Source of the DNA: Desulfatiglandales bacterium
Lineage (GTDB): Bacteria; Desulfobacterota; DSM-4660; Desulfatiglandales; Desulfatiglandaceae
Assembly: GCA_963662465.1 (NCBI GenBank)
Contig: OY759599.1
Location: 4,896,001 to 4,960,000, forward strand
DNA length: 64,000 nt
Reading direction: 5' to 3'
The first letter of the stretch is position 1, and each line of letters starts with the position of its first letter. The position numbers were made by a program, and so were the translations under genes. Shown piece by piece: positions 9,913 through 18,993 of this stretch. The notes under the pieces were generated by a model. It made no database searches, was not told where the DNA came from, and saw only the letters and a list, made by a program, of their open reading frames with translations.

Positions 9913-10156
9913 CAGTCAAAAAACAGGCATCCAGCGCAATCAACACTGATTGAACTATATTTAGTAGGTCTATTGATTTCAAAAGTCAGAATTGAAAAAC
10001 CTTCCAACCTGAAGTGTAGAACTCAAGGTTAGTGCGAGGAATCAGGCGCCTCTTTGAAACTTTATTATCCATGGAGAATACCTGAAAAGTCTATCACACA
10101 ACCACAGCGGCAAGAAGACTTTATAAACGCCACTTATGCTTGACGGAAAACGTTGC

Positions 10157-11401
10157 TTATAGCAAACTATTGCAAAGAAACCCCATGCCGCCACCTTGAA
10201 TACCGCAATCCGGCAATTGCCAGTTCAATCTATCACTGGTATTATTGACTGTAACAGCAAACACTATTCTGCCATTTTGATCTGTAACCGACGTACCTCC
10301 TTGGTTTGTTCCGTACTGCCAAGATATCCGCACTCCTTGTCTTGGCGGTTCAGTAATGATAGAAAGCCCACTTATGTCAGTACCACAAACTACGCTAAAA
10401 TCGGGATAATTCTCAAGACGCGCACTATCCGGGCAAACATTTGGAATCGTTGTGGTTGTAGAAGTTGTTGTGGTTGTAGGTCTCGTCGTGGTGGAGGTTG
10501 TAGAAGTTGTTGTGGTTGTAGGTCTCGTCGTGGTGGAGGTGGATACCGTTGTGGTCGTTGTGCTTGTAGAGGTGGATGTTGAGGTTGTCGAGGTCGTGGT
10601 GGAGGTTGTCGTGGTCGTAGTTGTGGGCTGTGGTTGCAGACTGCTCGCGTCATCCCCTCCTCCACCGCCTCCCAGAGCTGCAGCGCCGCCCCCAATCACC
10701 GCTGAGATCCCCACCCCAATGCCCACTTTGGCGCCGGTTGAAAGCCCGCTACTAGCAGTGACGGTTCCCCCGCTGGTTGCAGCCGCCGCATCGCCTGAAA
10801 TTGGGTCCGCCGAAGCCCTCTGAGTGACTGCGTAAATACCGCCCACCACAATCCCAAAACGAGCAGAAGACTCAACCAGGTCCATTGCAATGGAGTCACT
10901 GAAGCCTACTGGCGGCTGACTAGCCTCGGGAAGTTCGGTGTAGAGCAGAATATTCCCTTCAGTATCGCTCAATTGCCAGGCCGGGACATCCTTTTCATCT
11001 TTTTCTTTCACTATGAAGGTTTGGGTTTTGAATACCTGATTTTTTCCGTTGACCACCAGAAAAAGATAATCGATCATGCTGGTGTCTTTGCTCGAAGCGG
11101 GGAGAATAGCCCGATACGTTCCTTCTTTTACAGCCGTCATCGGTACAAAAACATAGTCCTTTTGGCCGCCTGCTCGAAAATAGCACCGAACCAGATTGAT
11201 GCCAGATTTATCGTTGGCCTCAATTTCCAATACAATCCTCTTTCCGGGAACAAAATACTCAATTGGATCGTAACCGAATTCAATTGAAGGGTTTGGATCT
11301 GTCGCGCCAAATAATAACGTTCCATTAGGAGGCAAAACAAATAAAATACTCGCGACAATGCACAATAATTTTCCAAAAAAATGCATTTTCATCTTTTTCA
11401 T
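10157..11401 (-). CDS. Exported protein, paralogue of 7234-8400, with a Thr-rich linker and a different Cys-containing C-terminal domain
   Basis: Signal peptide; shared FVPGKRI, LVRCYF, DYVFVPM, VESSARFG and GLSTGA.VGIG motifs; ~60-aa T/S tract. Confidence 0.85.
   Translation of the reverse strand: MKKMKMHFFGKLLCIVASILFVLPPNGTLLFGATDPNPSIEFGYDPIEYFVPGKRIVLEIEANDKSGINLVRCYFRAGGQKDYVFVPMTAVKEGTYRAILPASSKDTSMIDYLFLVVNGKNQVFKTQTFIVKEKDEKDVPAWQLSDTEGNILLYTELPEASQPPVGFSDSIAMDLVESSARFGIVVGGIYAVTQRASADPISGDAAAATSGGTVTASSGLSTGAKVGIGVGISAVIGGGAAALGGGGGGDDASSLQPQPTTTTTTTSTTTSTTSTSTSTSTTTTTVSTSTTTRPTTTTTSTTSTTTRPTTTTTSTTTTIPNVCPDSARLENYPDFSVVCGTDISGLSIITEPPRQGVRISWQYGTNQGGTSVTDQNGRIVFAVTVNNTSDRLNWQLPDCGIQGGGMGFLCNSLL
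10454..10537. repeat. Exact 42-bp tandem duplication within the Thr-rich tract
   Basis: GGTTGTAGAAGTTGTTGTGGTTGTAGGTCTCGTCGTGGTGGA x2. Confidence 0.9.
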
Positions 11402-11505
11402 TTCGCTCCTCTCGCTCCTCCATAAAAATGGTCAACAAATTTTATGACTTGATAACAATCTGTTTCCTGAAATGCACTGACCCGGCAAAACAGAATAATC
11501 TGACT

Positions 11506-12291
11506 TCATTTCACATTGATGCGGACTTCCATGGCCTGTTGCAAAAGGTCTCCAGTTTCCAGTTTAACCGGACCTATGGGGAGGGTTTTTAGCATTTCAT
11601 GAACCAGCCATGCGACCCTTTCCTTCCGAGAGGCGTTTTTGTGACCAAGGAAATTTATAAAAATGTTTATGGGATCCACCTGCCATTGTCGATGTGCCGC
11701 TCGCCATTGCTGGGTTTGCCAAAGAGTCGTTCCCGTTTTGCAGTCTCGCAGATTGAGGGAACAGGAAACAACAACCGCATCATATACACCCTGGTGGATG
11801 CTGGCGGATTGCTCAATGCGACCTGACAGGATCGCATCACAATTGAGTAGTTGGCCCAGCCTGGAAGTCGCAATACCGCTGATCTGCCCAGGGGTTTGAA
11901 TGCCGAGGGAGTTCATAACACGGTCAACTTTTTGTGCAGAAATCGTCATATAACCCTTGGCTTTGAGACTGCGGTACACCTCGGTGTAAAGGAATCTTTC
12001 CACATCAGGTTCGAGAGAAAAATTGTCCATGGGCAAAACGGCAATTACGCCAGAGCAGTAATCACCGAATTCAGGATGAGTTGACCAAGATTCCTTTTCC
12101 GACAAATCAGAAGAAAAGACCTTAGTATTAACAATCATTAGCAAGGTTGTCGCAGCAATGAAGAGGGTTATCCAGTTAATATCTTGGAAGGATTTAGGCA
12201 TGCCTAGAAGGCCTGTACAAGGCAAGAGAGTATTTTTCAAGTTCCTCACGGACGCTTTCAAACGGCCTCCAGTTTTACAAGTCCTTTTCAA
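11506..12291 (-). CDS. DUF799/GNA1162-like protein; start uncertain (12291 TTG or 12201 ATG)
   Basis: IAVLPMDNFS...LKAKGY...LGQLLNCDAILSGRI...LRDCKTGTTLW pattern. Confidence 0.7.
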   Translation of the reverse strand: MKRTCKTGGRLKASVRNLKNTLLPCTGLLGMPKSFQDINWITLFIAATTLLMIVNTKVFSSDLSEKESWSTHPEFGDYCSGVIAVLPMDNFSLEPDVERFLYTEVYRSLKAKGYMTISAQKVDRVMNSLGIQTPGQISGIATSRLGQLLNCDAILSGRIEQSASIHQGVYDAVVVSCSLNLRDCKTGTTLWQTQQWRAAHRQWQVDPINIFINFLGHKNASRKERVAWLVHEMLKTLPIGPVKLETGDLLQQAMEVRINVK

Positions 12292-12422
12292 ACTGCTTGC
12301 TCAATCATGTTGACTTTCTGCGGCCACAGTCAGAGAAAGCAATGCAGTATTAGAGCATCTGGAGTCTAAACAACTTTCAAGAATTCAATGGGCGACATCA
12401 TATCATCAGTGAAAATTCTATG

Positions 12423-12701
12423 TCAATAAGTTTTTTTAATGGTTTTCAGCTGAAAACCATTAAAATATTGGGTAAACTGAGTATTCGTTTTTGATAACAT
12501 GATGCTGTTCCCGCAGGTATGGTCCGCATGGGCGTGGGTGTTGAGCACATACTTCAAGGTTAACCCCAAGGCATCTATCCTGCTGAGAATCTTCCCCTCG
12601 GCGCCCGCCGGATCGATAACCAGGGCCTCTTTTTCGGTTTCGCAGTCCACAATATAGGCAAACACCGCCATGGGCCCAACCTTCATCTGTTCTATCAACA
12701 T
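12423..12701 (-). pseudogene. 3'-truncated metallo-beta-lactamase-fold hydrolase (glyoxalase II-like)
   Basis: VGPMAVFAYIV..ALVIDP..VLNTHAHADH (HxHxDH) is present, but similarity ends at ~12485. Only 92 aa versus ~200 for the family. Confidence 0.8.
12434..12465. repeat. Perfect 32-bp palindrome TTTTAATGGTTTTCAG|CTGAAAACCATTAAAA
   Basis: Arms checked base by base; lies at the island/core junction. Confidence 0.9.
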
Positions 12702-12718
12702 GACCGCCCTTTCGCCCC

Positions 12719-13258
12719 CTAATCGGATTTGACGAACGGTTCAAGTTCCTGCATGAGCCTGGGGATCAGTTTTCGAACCACCCCTTCTTTTTCAAAGGCG
12801 CCGGCGGAGAAAAAATTTTTTGAACCGGCATAATCCGGATTCATCATGGGAATTTGCGCCTGAAGATTGGGGGCCAGGGCTTGGAATTGGGTAATGAGTT
12901 CCACGATCGGGATCTTCTCTCCGGGGTAACCCGCAAGCCATTTTAAACGTTTCATGCATTCAAAACGAATTCGGTCCAGCAAGAAAAGGTACTGGTCGAT
13001 GACCGCCATTTTATTTTTCGGCGATAGTTCGTTAAACTCGAACCCCGACCCCAGGTGATTGAGCCCCATGATCAGGTCATAGAGATAAAAAGTGCCGTCG
13101 TCCTTGCCCTGGGCCAGTAACGAAAGGGTTTCCAGGGAAATATGATGCAAACAGGTCTCCGATTCGAACACCTCCTTAAACCGGCTGTTCCAGTTTCGAA
13201 AAGCCTTTTTAACCCGTACATGGTGTTTGCCCGTTTCCAAATCAATGATGTGGGTCAT
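12719..13258 (-). CDS. Hypothetical protein
   Basis: 179-aa ORF with an RBS-like AAGGCAGG, co-oriented with and closely spaced between its neighbours. Confidence 0.7.
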   Translation of the reverse strand: MTHIIDLETGKHHVRVKKAFRNWNSRFKEVFESETCLHHISLETLSLLAQGKDDGTFYLYDLIMGLNHLGSGFEFNELSPKNKMAVIDQYLFLLDRIRFECMKRLKWLAGYPGEKIPIVELITQFQALAPNLQAQIPMMNPDYAGSKNFFSAGAFEKEGVVRKLIPRLMQELEPFVKSD

Positions 13259-13306
13259 GGGTTACCTGCCTTTAAAGCTGTTTTTTGTTCAACTGTTTTT
13301 CAAAGA

Positions 13307-15214
13307 TTAATGCCGTAATGGTTCGTCCCCATTTGCTTCCAGCGGAATGGTGAGTTCGTAAATACCGCTGTCCATGACGGCTTGAATAGGGAGTTCCGAA
13401 GCGGATTCAAATACCTTAAGCATCGGCTTGTTGGTGGCCAGTACGTCCGCCTTGAAGCTGCGGATGCCATTTTCCTTGGCAATTTTCTTGAGGGTTCGAA
13501 AGAGAAAAGAAGCGATTCCCTTTCCCTGATAATCTTCGTCCACCACAAAGGCCACATCCGCCACCGGTTTATCAGGAAAACGAACATACCGCGCTTCAGC
13601 AACGATGCGCCCTGCCCCCGCTTCCCCCATGAGCCCCACGATGGACATGGTCTTCGTGTAGTCTATATTGGCGTAATCCTGCATTTTAGCGTGGGGCATG
13701 GTCTTGATGGGAGAGAAATACCGATAATAAACCGATTTGTCCGAGAATCGATAGAAAAGACGTCTCATCTCATCCACATCCGACGGTTTGATGGCACGAA
13801 ACCGAATGGTAATGTCTCCTTTAAAGACTTTTTCACAGGTCAGATCCGTGGGGTAGAGAGCACCCGATTCCGAGAGGTAGATCTGGTCGGCGTACAAAAT
13901 GTTCTTTTCCTTGGCAAGACGAACCAGCTCCGCACGATCGTCCGGGTGGGCAATATCAATCAGTGCCAAGGCCCTTTCCCGAATGGTTCGGCCTTTCATA
14001 GCGGCCACGCCGTACTCGGTTACCACCAGATCTAAAAATTCTCGAATGGAAAACTGGTCCGGATAATCCTCCACTGAAATCAAAATGTTGGACTGGTTTT
14101 TCAAATTGCGGCTGGGCAGGGCGATAATGGTCCGGCCTTTTTTAGAAAAACGTGCGCCTTTAAAAAATTCCTGTGCTTCACTGGGGCCATCCCCCACATT
14201 GCCCTTGCCGTAGTGCAGGGCAACGCCGCCGGTGAGATCCACCTTGCGTACGGGGAGTACCACCATGGTGCGGTCGTTGCGCCCGATCCGTTTGGGGTCT
14301 GCCACCACGTCGATGCTTTGAAATTCAATCAGCGGGTTTCGATGAAGCCAGTAAAGCAATTCCGGGGTACCGATGGCATAGGCGGTTAAGGATTTTCCTA
14401 AGAAATGCCCTTTTTTTCGGTTGGACACGGCGCCGCTTTTCACCAGGTCCATGACGGCGTCGGTGAAAAACGGGGAATGGATGCCCAAGTCCCGCTTGTT
14501 TCGCAGATGCCGTGCCAGAGCGTCAAACAGGTGGCCCGCTGAAAAGGCGAGACAACTGCCATCTTCGATGAGGGAGGCCACATTGGCCCCCAGCCTGTCA
14601 AAGATGGGATCGAAGGGGGCGCGATCAAAGTAGATGGGGTGTTCTTCTGACTCCACCAAAAAATCGAAATCATCCACATGTACAAAGGTATCTCCCATGG
14701 TCCTGGGCGCGTCATGGTTGATTTCGCCCACCACCAGGGACGCTTGATCCATGGCATGGCGAGCCACATCGATGGCGGGCCCGAGACTGCAGAAGCCCGA
14801 TCGGTCCGGCGGAGTGATCTGAATAAACGCGGCATCGATCTCGATGATGCCGGATTGAATCAGTCTGGGAATTTCGGAAAAAGGGCTCGGGACCATATCA
14901 ACACGGCCGGAGGTAATTTCTTCACTGGCCACCCATCCGGCAAAAAAGGTTTTCAGTCGATATTTATGGTCCTGATTCTGGGTAATGGAAATAGCAGGTC
15001 CAAAGCTCATCAACTGAACGAACGTCAAATCCCTGAGGTTTCCCGCATCGGAATTCAGCAGGCTTTTGACCAGGGTACAGGGTTCCGCAACACCGGTTCC
15101 CAGAAAAATGCTCATTCCGGGTTTGATCTTGGAAAGGACTTTTCGGGGATTGACCAATTTGGTTTTCCATTCTTTAGGTTCGTTAATCGACATGAATGAC
15201 GTCTCTCTTTTCAT
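13307..15214 (-). CDS. Acetyl-CoA hydrolase/CoA-transferase-like domain fused to a C-terminal GNAT acetyltransferase
   Basis: IKPGMSIFLG, DAAFIQITPPD.SGFCSLG and VVTEYGVA; GNAT motifs FRAIKPSD, VAFVVDEDYQGKGIA and N.PMLKVF. ATGA overlap with prmC. Confidence 0.9.
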   Translation of the reverse strand: MKRETSFMSINEPKEWKTKLVNPRKVLSKIKPGMSIFLGTGVAEPCTLVKSLLNSDAGNLRDLTFVQLMSFGPAISITQNQDHKYRLKTFFAGWVASEEITSGRVDMVPSPFSEIPRLIQSGIIEIDAAFIQITPPDRSGFCSLGPAIDVARHAMDQASLVVGEINHDAPRTMGDTFVHVDDFDFLVESEEHPIYFDRAPFDPIFDRLGANVASLIEDGSCLAFSAGHLFDALARHLRNKRDLGIHSPFFTDAVMDLVKSGAVSNRKKGHFLGKSLTAYAIGTPELLYWLHRNPLIEFQSIDVVADPKRIGRNDRTMVVLPVRKVDLTGGVALHYGKGNVGDGPSEAQEFFKGARFSKKGRTIIALPSRNLKNQSNILISVEDYPDQFSIREFLDLVVTEYGVAAMKGRTIRERALALIDIAHPDDRAELVRLAKEKNILYADQIYLSESGALYPTDLTCEKVFKGDITIRFRAIKPSDVDEMRRLFYRFSDKSVYYRYFSPIKTMPHAKMQDYANIDYTKTMSIVGLMGEAGAGRIVAEARYVRFPDKPVADVAFVVDEDYQGKGIASFLFRTLKKIAKENGIRSFKADVLATNKPMLKVFESASELPIQAVMDSGIYELTIPLEANGDEPLRH

Positions 15215-16089
15215 TCCTTCAGTTGGGCTATAACAACCCTTTGACGATGACTGTAATCTTCGATCTTTGCTTCGTTTTGATAAACACCTGTTTGCCCTAT
15301 GGCAAAAAGTGCTTTTTCCACTTGATGGGGGGACATCTCCAACAAAAGCCAGCCGCCCGGGTGCAAAAATTCAGGCGCCCGGCAAATGATCTTTTTTAGA
15401 AAATGCATGCCGTCTTTTCCACCGTCCAACGCCAGTCTCGGTTCATGCAGGGCGACCTCGGGGGAAAGATCCTTGAATTCATGGGTGCAGACATAGGGCG
15501 GGTTGGAGGCAATCAGATGGAATAACGGCTTTTGGGAGCTGAAGGGTTCAAAAAGGTCCCCCCGAAAAAACTGTATCCTGTCTATTACACCCTGTTCCGC
15601 GGCATTTTCTCGCGCTATCCGTAGCGCCCCCTCACTGACGTCCGCGGCAAAAAAAAGGGCGTTGGGAAGCTCCTTTGCCATAGAGACAGGGATAACGCCG
15701 CTGCCGGTTCCCAGATCCAAAACGCGCAAGGGCATTTCTTTTAATTTCCCGGCAAGCGTTACGGCCTGATCCACAAGAATTTCAGTTTCGGGTCTGGGAA
15801 TCAGGACGTAAGGATTGACCCTGAACGTAAGAGACCAGAATTCCTGAACGCCGGTAATGTATTGCAGGGGTTCGCGTTTCAAACGACGTCTGATGAGGTC
15901 GCGGTAGCCGGAGACCTCTTTTTCGGTCAAGGGTTGATCAAAATTGAGATAGAGCGATATCCGTTTAACGCCAAGCTGAAAAGCCAGAAGCACCTCGGCG
16001 TTCAAGCGTGCACTCTCAATCCCCTTTTCCACCAGATAATTCGTTGACGTCTTCAGGAGTGCTTTTATGCACCAGACTTTGGGAATCAT
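15211..16089 (-). CDS. prmC: Release factor glutamine methyltransferase
   Basis: EPLQYI, VLIPRPETE, LDLGTGSG and SNPPY; downstream of prfA. Confidence 0.96.
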   Translation of the reverse strand: MIPKVWCIKALLKTSTNYLVEKGIESARLNAEVLLAFQLGVKRISLYLNFDQPLTEKEVSGYRDLIRRRLKREPLQYITGVQEFWSLTFRVNPYVLIPRPETEILVDQAVTLAGKLKEMPLRVLDLGTGSGVIPVSMAKELPNALFFAADVSEGALRIARENAAEQGVIDRIQFFRGDLFEPFSSQKPLFHLIASNPPYVCTHEFKDLSPEVALHEPRLALDGGKDGMHFLKKIICRAPEFLHPGGWLLLEMSPHQVEKALFAIGQTGVYQNEAKIEDYSHRQRVVIAQLKE

Positions 16090-16108
16090 GACAACGCTTG
16101 CACCGGGG

Positions 16109-17185
16109 CTAATTGCCGCCGGATTTTTTAAGGGCTTCGGTCTGAAAATGGGTAATCAACGGGTCAAGAACGAGATTAAGATTCCCCTGAAGAAAATCCT
16201 CAAGTTTGTAAAGCGTAAGCCCGATTCGGTGATCAGTGACCCGCCCCTGAGGAAAATTATAGGTCCTGATCCGCTCACTCCGGTCCCCGGAACCCACCAT
16301 GGTTTTGCGTTCTTCGGAAATACGTGAGTGTTGCTGGGCGGTTTCAAGGTCCAACATGCGGCTTCGAAGAACCTTCATGGCTTTTGCCTTGTTCTTATGC
16401 TGTGATTTTTCATCCTGACAGGTGACGACCAGACCCGTAGGAAGATGGGTAATGCGAACGGCTGAGTCTGTTGTGTTCACATGCTGGCCCCCATGTCCCG
16501 ACGAGCGGTACACATCAATCCGAAGGTCGTCAGCCTTGATTTCCACATCGACCTCCTCTGCCTCTGGAAGTACGGCCACGGTTACCGCGGAGGTGTGAAT
16601 ACGCCCCTGAGCCTCGGTTTCGGGTACGCGCTGAACCCGGTGTACCCCGCTTTCATATTTCAGCCGGCTGAAAACCATGTGTCCCTCCACCAGGAGGATC
16701 ACTTCCTTGAGCCCACCGATACCCGTCATGTTTTGAGACAGAACTTCGGTTTTCCAGTGCTTTAATTCCGCATAGCGGCTGTACATCCTGAAGAGATCCG
16801 CCGCGAAAAGGGCCGCTTCGTCCCCCCCGGTTCCGGCCCTGATTTCAAGCAGGGTATTTTTTTCATCGTTTGGATCCTTGGGAAGGAGCAGCAACTTGAG
16901 TTCATCTTCCACACCCGCCAGCCGGGAATCCAGCGCATCAATTTCTTCTTTGGCCAGTTTCCGCATTTCAGGGTCCGCATCTTCCAGAAGGGATCGATTT
17001 CCGGAAATCTCTTCCTGAAGGGCCTGATGTTTCCGCAAAACCATGATGATCGGGGTCAGGACACTATGTTCCTTTGCATACCGCTGGTATCGTTTCTGAT
17101 CCTGAAGAACCTCCGCCTGCCCAAGAAGGGTTTCCAATTCATGGTATCGGTCTTCCGTTTCTTTTATTTTTTCAAACATTACCAT
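16109..17185 (-). CDS. prfA: Peptide chain release factor 1
   Basis: GGQ motif (SGHGGQHVN), RF1 PxT motif (VPETE), RIRTYNFPQ. Confidence 0.97.
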   Translation of the reverse strand: MVMFEKIKETEDRYHELETLLGQAEVLQDQKRYQRYAKEHSVLTPIIMVLRKHQALQEEISGNRSLLEDADPEMRKLAKEEIDALDSRLAGVEDELKLLLLPKDPNDEKNTLLEIRAGTGGDEAALFAADLFRMYSRYAELKHWKTEVLSQNMTGIGGLKEVILLVEGHMVFSRLKYESGVHRVQRVPETEAQGRIHTSAVTVAVLPEAEEVDVEIKADDLRIDVYRSSGHGGQHVNTTDSAVRITHLPTGLVVTCQDEKSQHKNKAKAMKVLRSRMLDLETAQQHSRISEERKTMVGSGDRSERIRTYNFPQGRVTDHRIGLTLYKLEDFLQGNLNLVLDPLITHFQTEALKKSGGN

Positions 17186-17296
17186 GAACCTTTTTTTGCC
17201 TAAAGCGGCAAGCAGCAGTTTTAAGTTTTAAGTCTTCCTGACAATGGATTTCCTGCTTTTTGCAACAGAATTTCAGGAAATAAGAGACTAACACCG

Positions 17297-17512
17297 TCAA
17301 GACGCCTCTTTATTGAACTTGGCGTATTTTTGTTTAAACCGTTCTATTCGACCGGCCGAGTCAACCAGTTTCTGCTTTCCCGTAAAGAACGGATGACACT
17401 GGGAGCATATTTCAATGTTAATTTTTTCAACCGTAGACCCGGTTTCGAATTCATTTCCACATGCGCAATGCACGATGGTCTTATAATACTTTGGATGAAT
17501 ACCGCTTTTCAT
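17297..17512 (-). CDS. rpmE: 50S ribosomal protein L31 (Zn-binding type)
   Basis: [23 protein letters not shown]. Confidence 0.97.
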   Translation of the reverse strand: MKSGIHPKYYKTIVHCACGNEFETGSTVEKINIEICSQCHPFFTGKQKLVDSAGRIERFKQKYAKFNKEAS

Positions 17513-17553
17513 TTTACTCTCCTCTATTTTTTTAGCAATGCAATAACAAAGAT

Positions 17554-18801
17554 CTACTCACTCATGGAATCAAGGAAAGCCTTATTATCTCTTGTTCCTT
17601 TTATTTTATCAAGCAGGAATTCCATACTGTCAACCGGGGTCAACGGCGCCAGCAATTTGCGAAGAATCCATATGCGATGAAGGTCGGCCTGTTCCAGCAG
17701 GAGTTCTTCCTTTCGGGTCCCGGAACGATTGATGTCAATGGACGGGAACACACGCCGGTCGCTGAGTTTTCGATCCAGATGGATTTCCATGTTCCCCGTG
17801 CCCTTGAACTCTTCAAATATCACCTCATCCATTCGGCTTCCGGTATCAATCAATGCCGTGGCAATAATGGTCAGACTGCCCCCTTCCTCGATGTTTCTGG
17901 CCGCCCCGAAAAAACGTTTGGGTTTATGAAGGGCATTGGAGTCCAGGCCGCCGGATAGAATTTTTCCACTGGGCGGAATAACGGAGTTGTAAGCCCTTGC
18001 CAATCGGGTAATGCTGTCCAACAGGATTAAAACGTCCCGCTTGTGTTCGACCAGCCGCTTTGCCTTTTCAATGACCATCTCAGCAACCTGTACATGACGC
18101 TGGGGGGGTTCATCAAAGGTTGAACTGATCACCTCGGCGTTAACGGATCTGGCCATATCAGTCACTTCTTCGGGCCGTTCATCGATCAGCAATACGATTT
18201 TATGAATGGATTTATCGTTATGGGTAACGCTGTTGGCGATATTTTGAAGAAGCATGGTCTTCCCGGTCCTGGGCGGCGCCACAATCAAACCACGCTGGCC
18301 TTTTCCGATGGGCGTCATAAGGTCCATGACCCGTGTGGAGTAGTTGTCCGCCTCAACCTCCATCTTGATTCTTTCATCGGGATAGAGGGGGGTTAAATTG
18401 TCAAACAGGATTTTTTCTCTGGCGACTTCGGGATCTTCATGGTTGACCTTTTCCACCTTCAGGAGAGCAAAATAACGCTCGGATTCTTTTGGGGGTCGAA
18501 TCTGACCTGAAATGGTATCTCCCTTTCTCAGGTTGAATCGCCGAATCTGCGAGGGGGAAATATAGATATCATCGGGGCCGGGCAAATAATTGGCGTCGGG
18601 GGCTCTCAGGAAACCGAATCCGTCCGGAAGAATTTCCAATACCCCTTCGCCGTATATGAGGCCGTTTCGTGCTGAATGGGCCTGAAGCAAGGAGAAAGTG
18701 AGGTCCTGTTTGCGCATGCCGGAGGCGCCCTCAATTTTAAACTCCTTTGCCATTTCAGTCAATTGACTGATTCTCATCATTTTCAATTCTACAAGATTCA
18801 T
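17554..18801 (-). CDS. rho: Transcription termination factor Rho
   Basis: [34 protein letters not shown]. Confidence 0.98.
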   Translation of the reverse strand: MNLVELKMMRISQLTEMAKEFKIEGASGMRKQDLTFSLLQAHSARNGLIYGEGVLEILPDGFGFLRAPDANYLPGPDDIYISPSQIRRFNLRKGDTISGQIRPPKESERYFALLKVEKVNHEDPEVAREKILFDNLTPLYPDERIKMEVEADNYSTRVMDLMTPIGKGQRGLIVAPPRTGKTMLLQNIANSVTHNDKSIHKIVLLIDERPEEVTDMARSVNAEVISSTFDEPPQRHVQVAEMVIEKAKRLVEHKRDVLILLDSITRLARAYNSVIPPSGKILSGGLDSNALHKPKRFFGAARNIEEGGSLTIIATALIDTGSRMDEVIFEEFKGTGNMEIHLDRKLSDRRVFPSIDINRSGTRKEELLLEQADLHRIWILRKLLAPLTPVDSMEFLLDKIKGTRDNKAFLDSMSE

Positions 18802-18993
18802 ACTTGATCTCCATTCGGTAGGGTTTATAATCTTTAATAAATTATTTCGGGGTGGTCGTGTAATTTATGTGAGTTATTGAAGGTTTCTCAGCAGAGCAGT
18901 AATGGAGTTCAGTCGAACGTCCGGTCTGTACCGAATCTCCCAAAGAAAGGAACTCATTTGTTTGTAGGCCTATATCGTTTTTTCTCCTCCATG

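Noticed and set aside
10452..10823. Val-rich plus-strand ORF
   Set aside because: Antisense reading of the Thr-rich tract.
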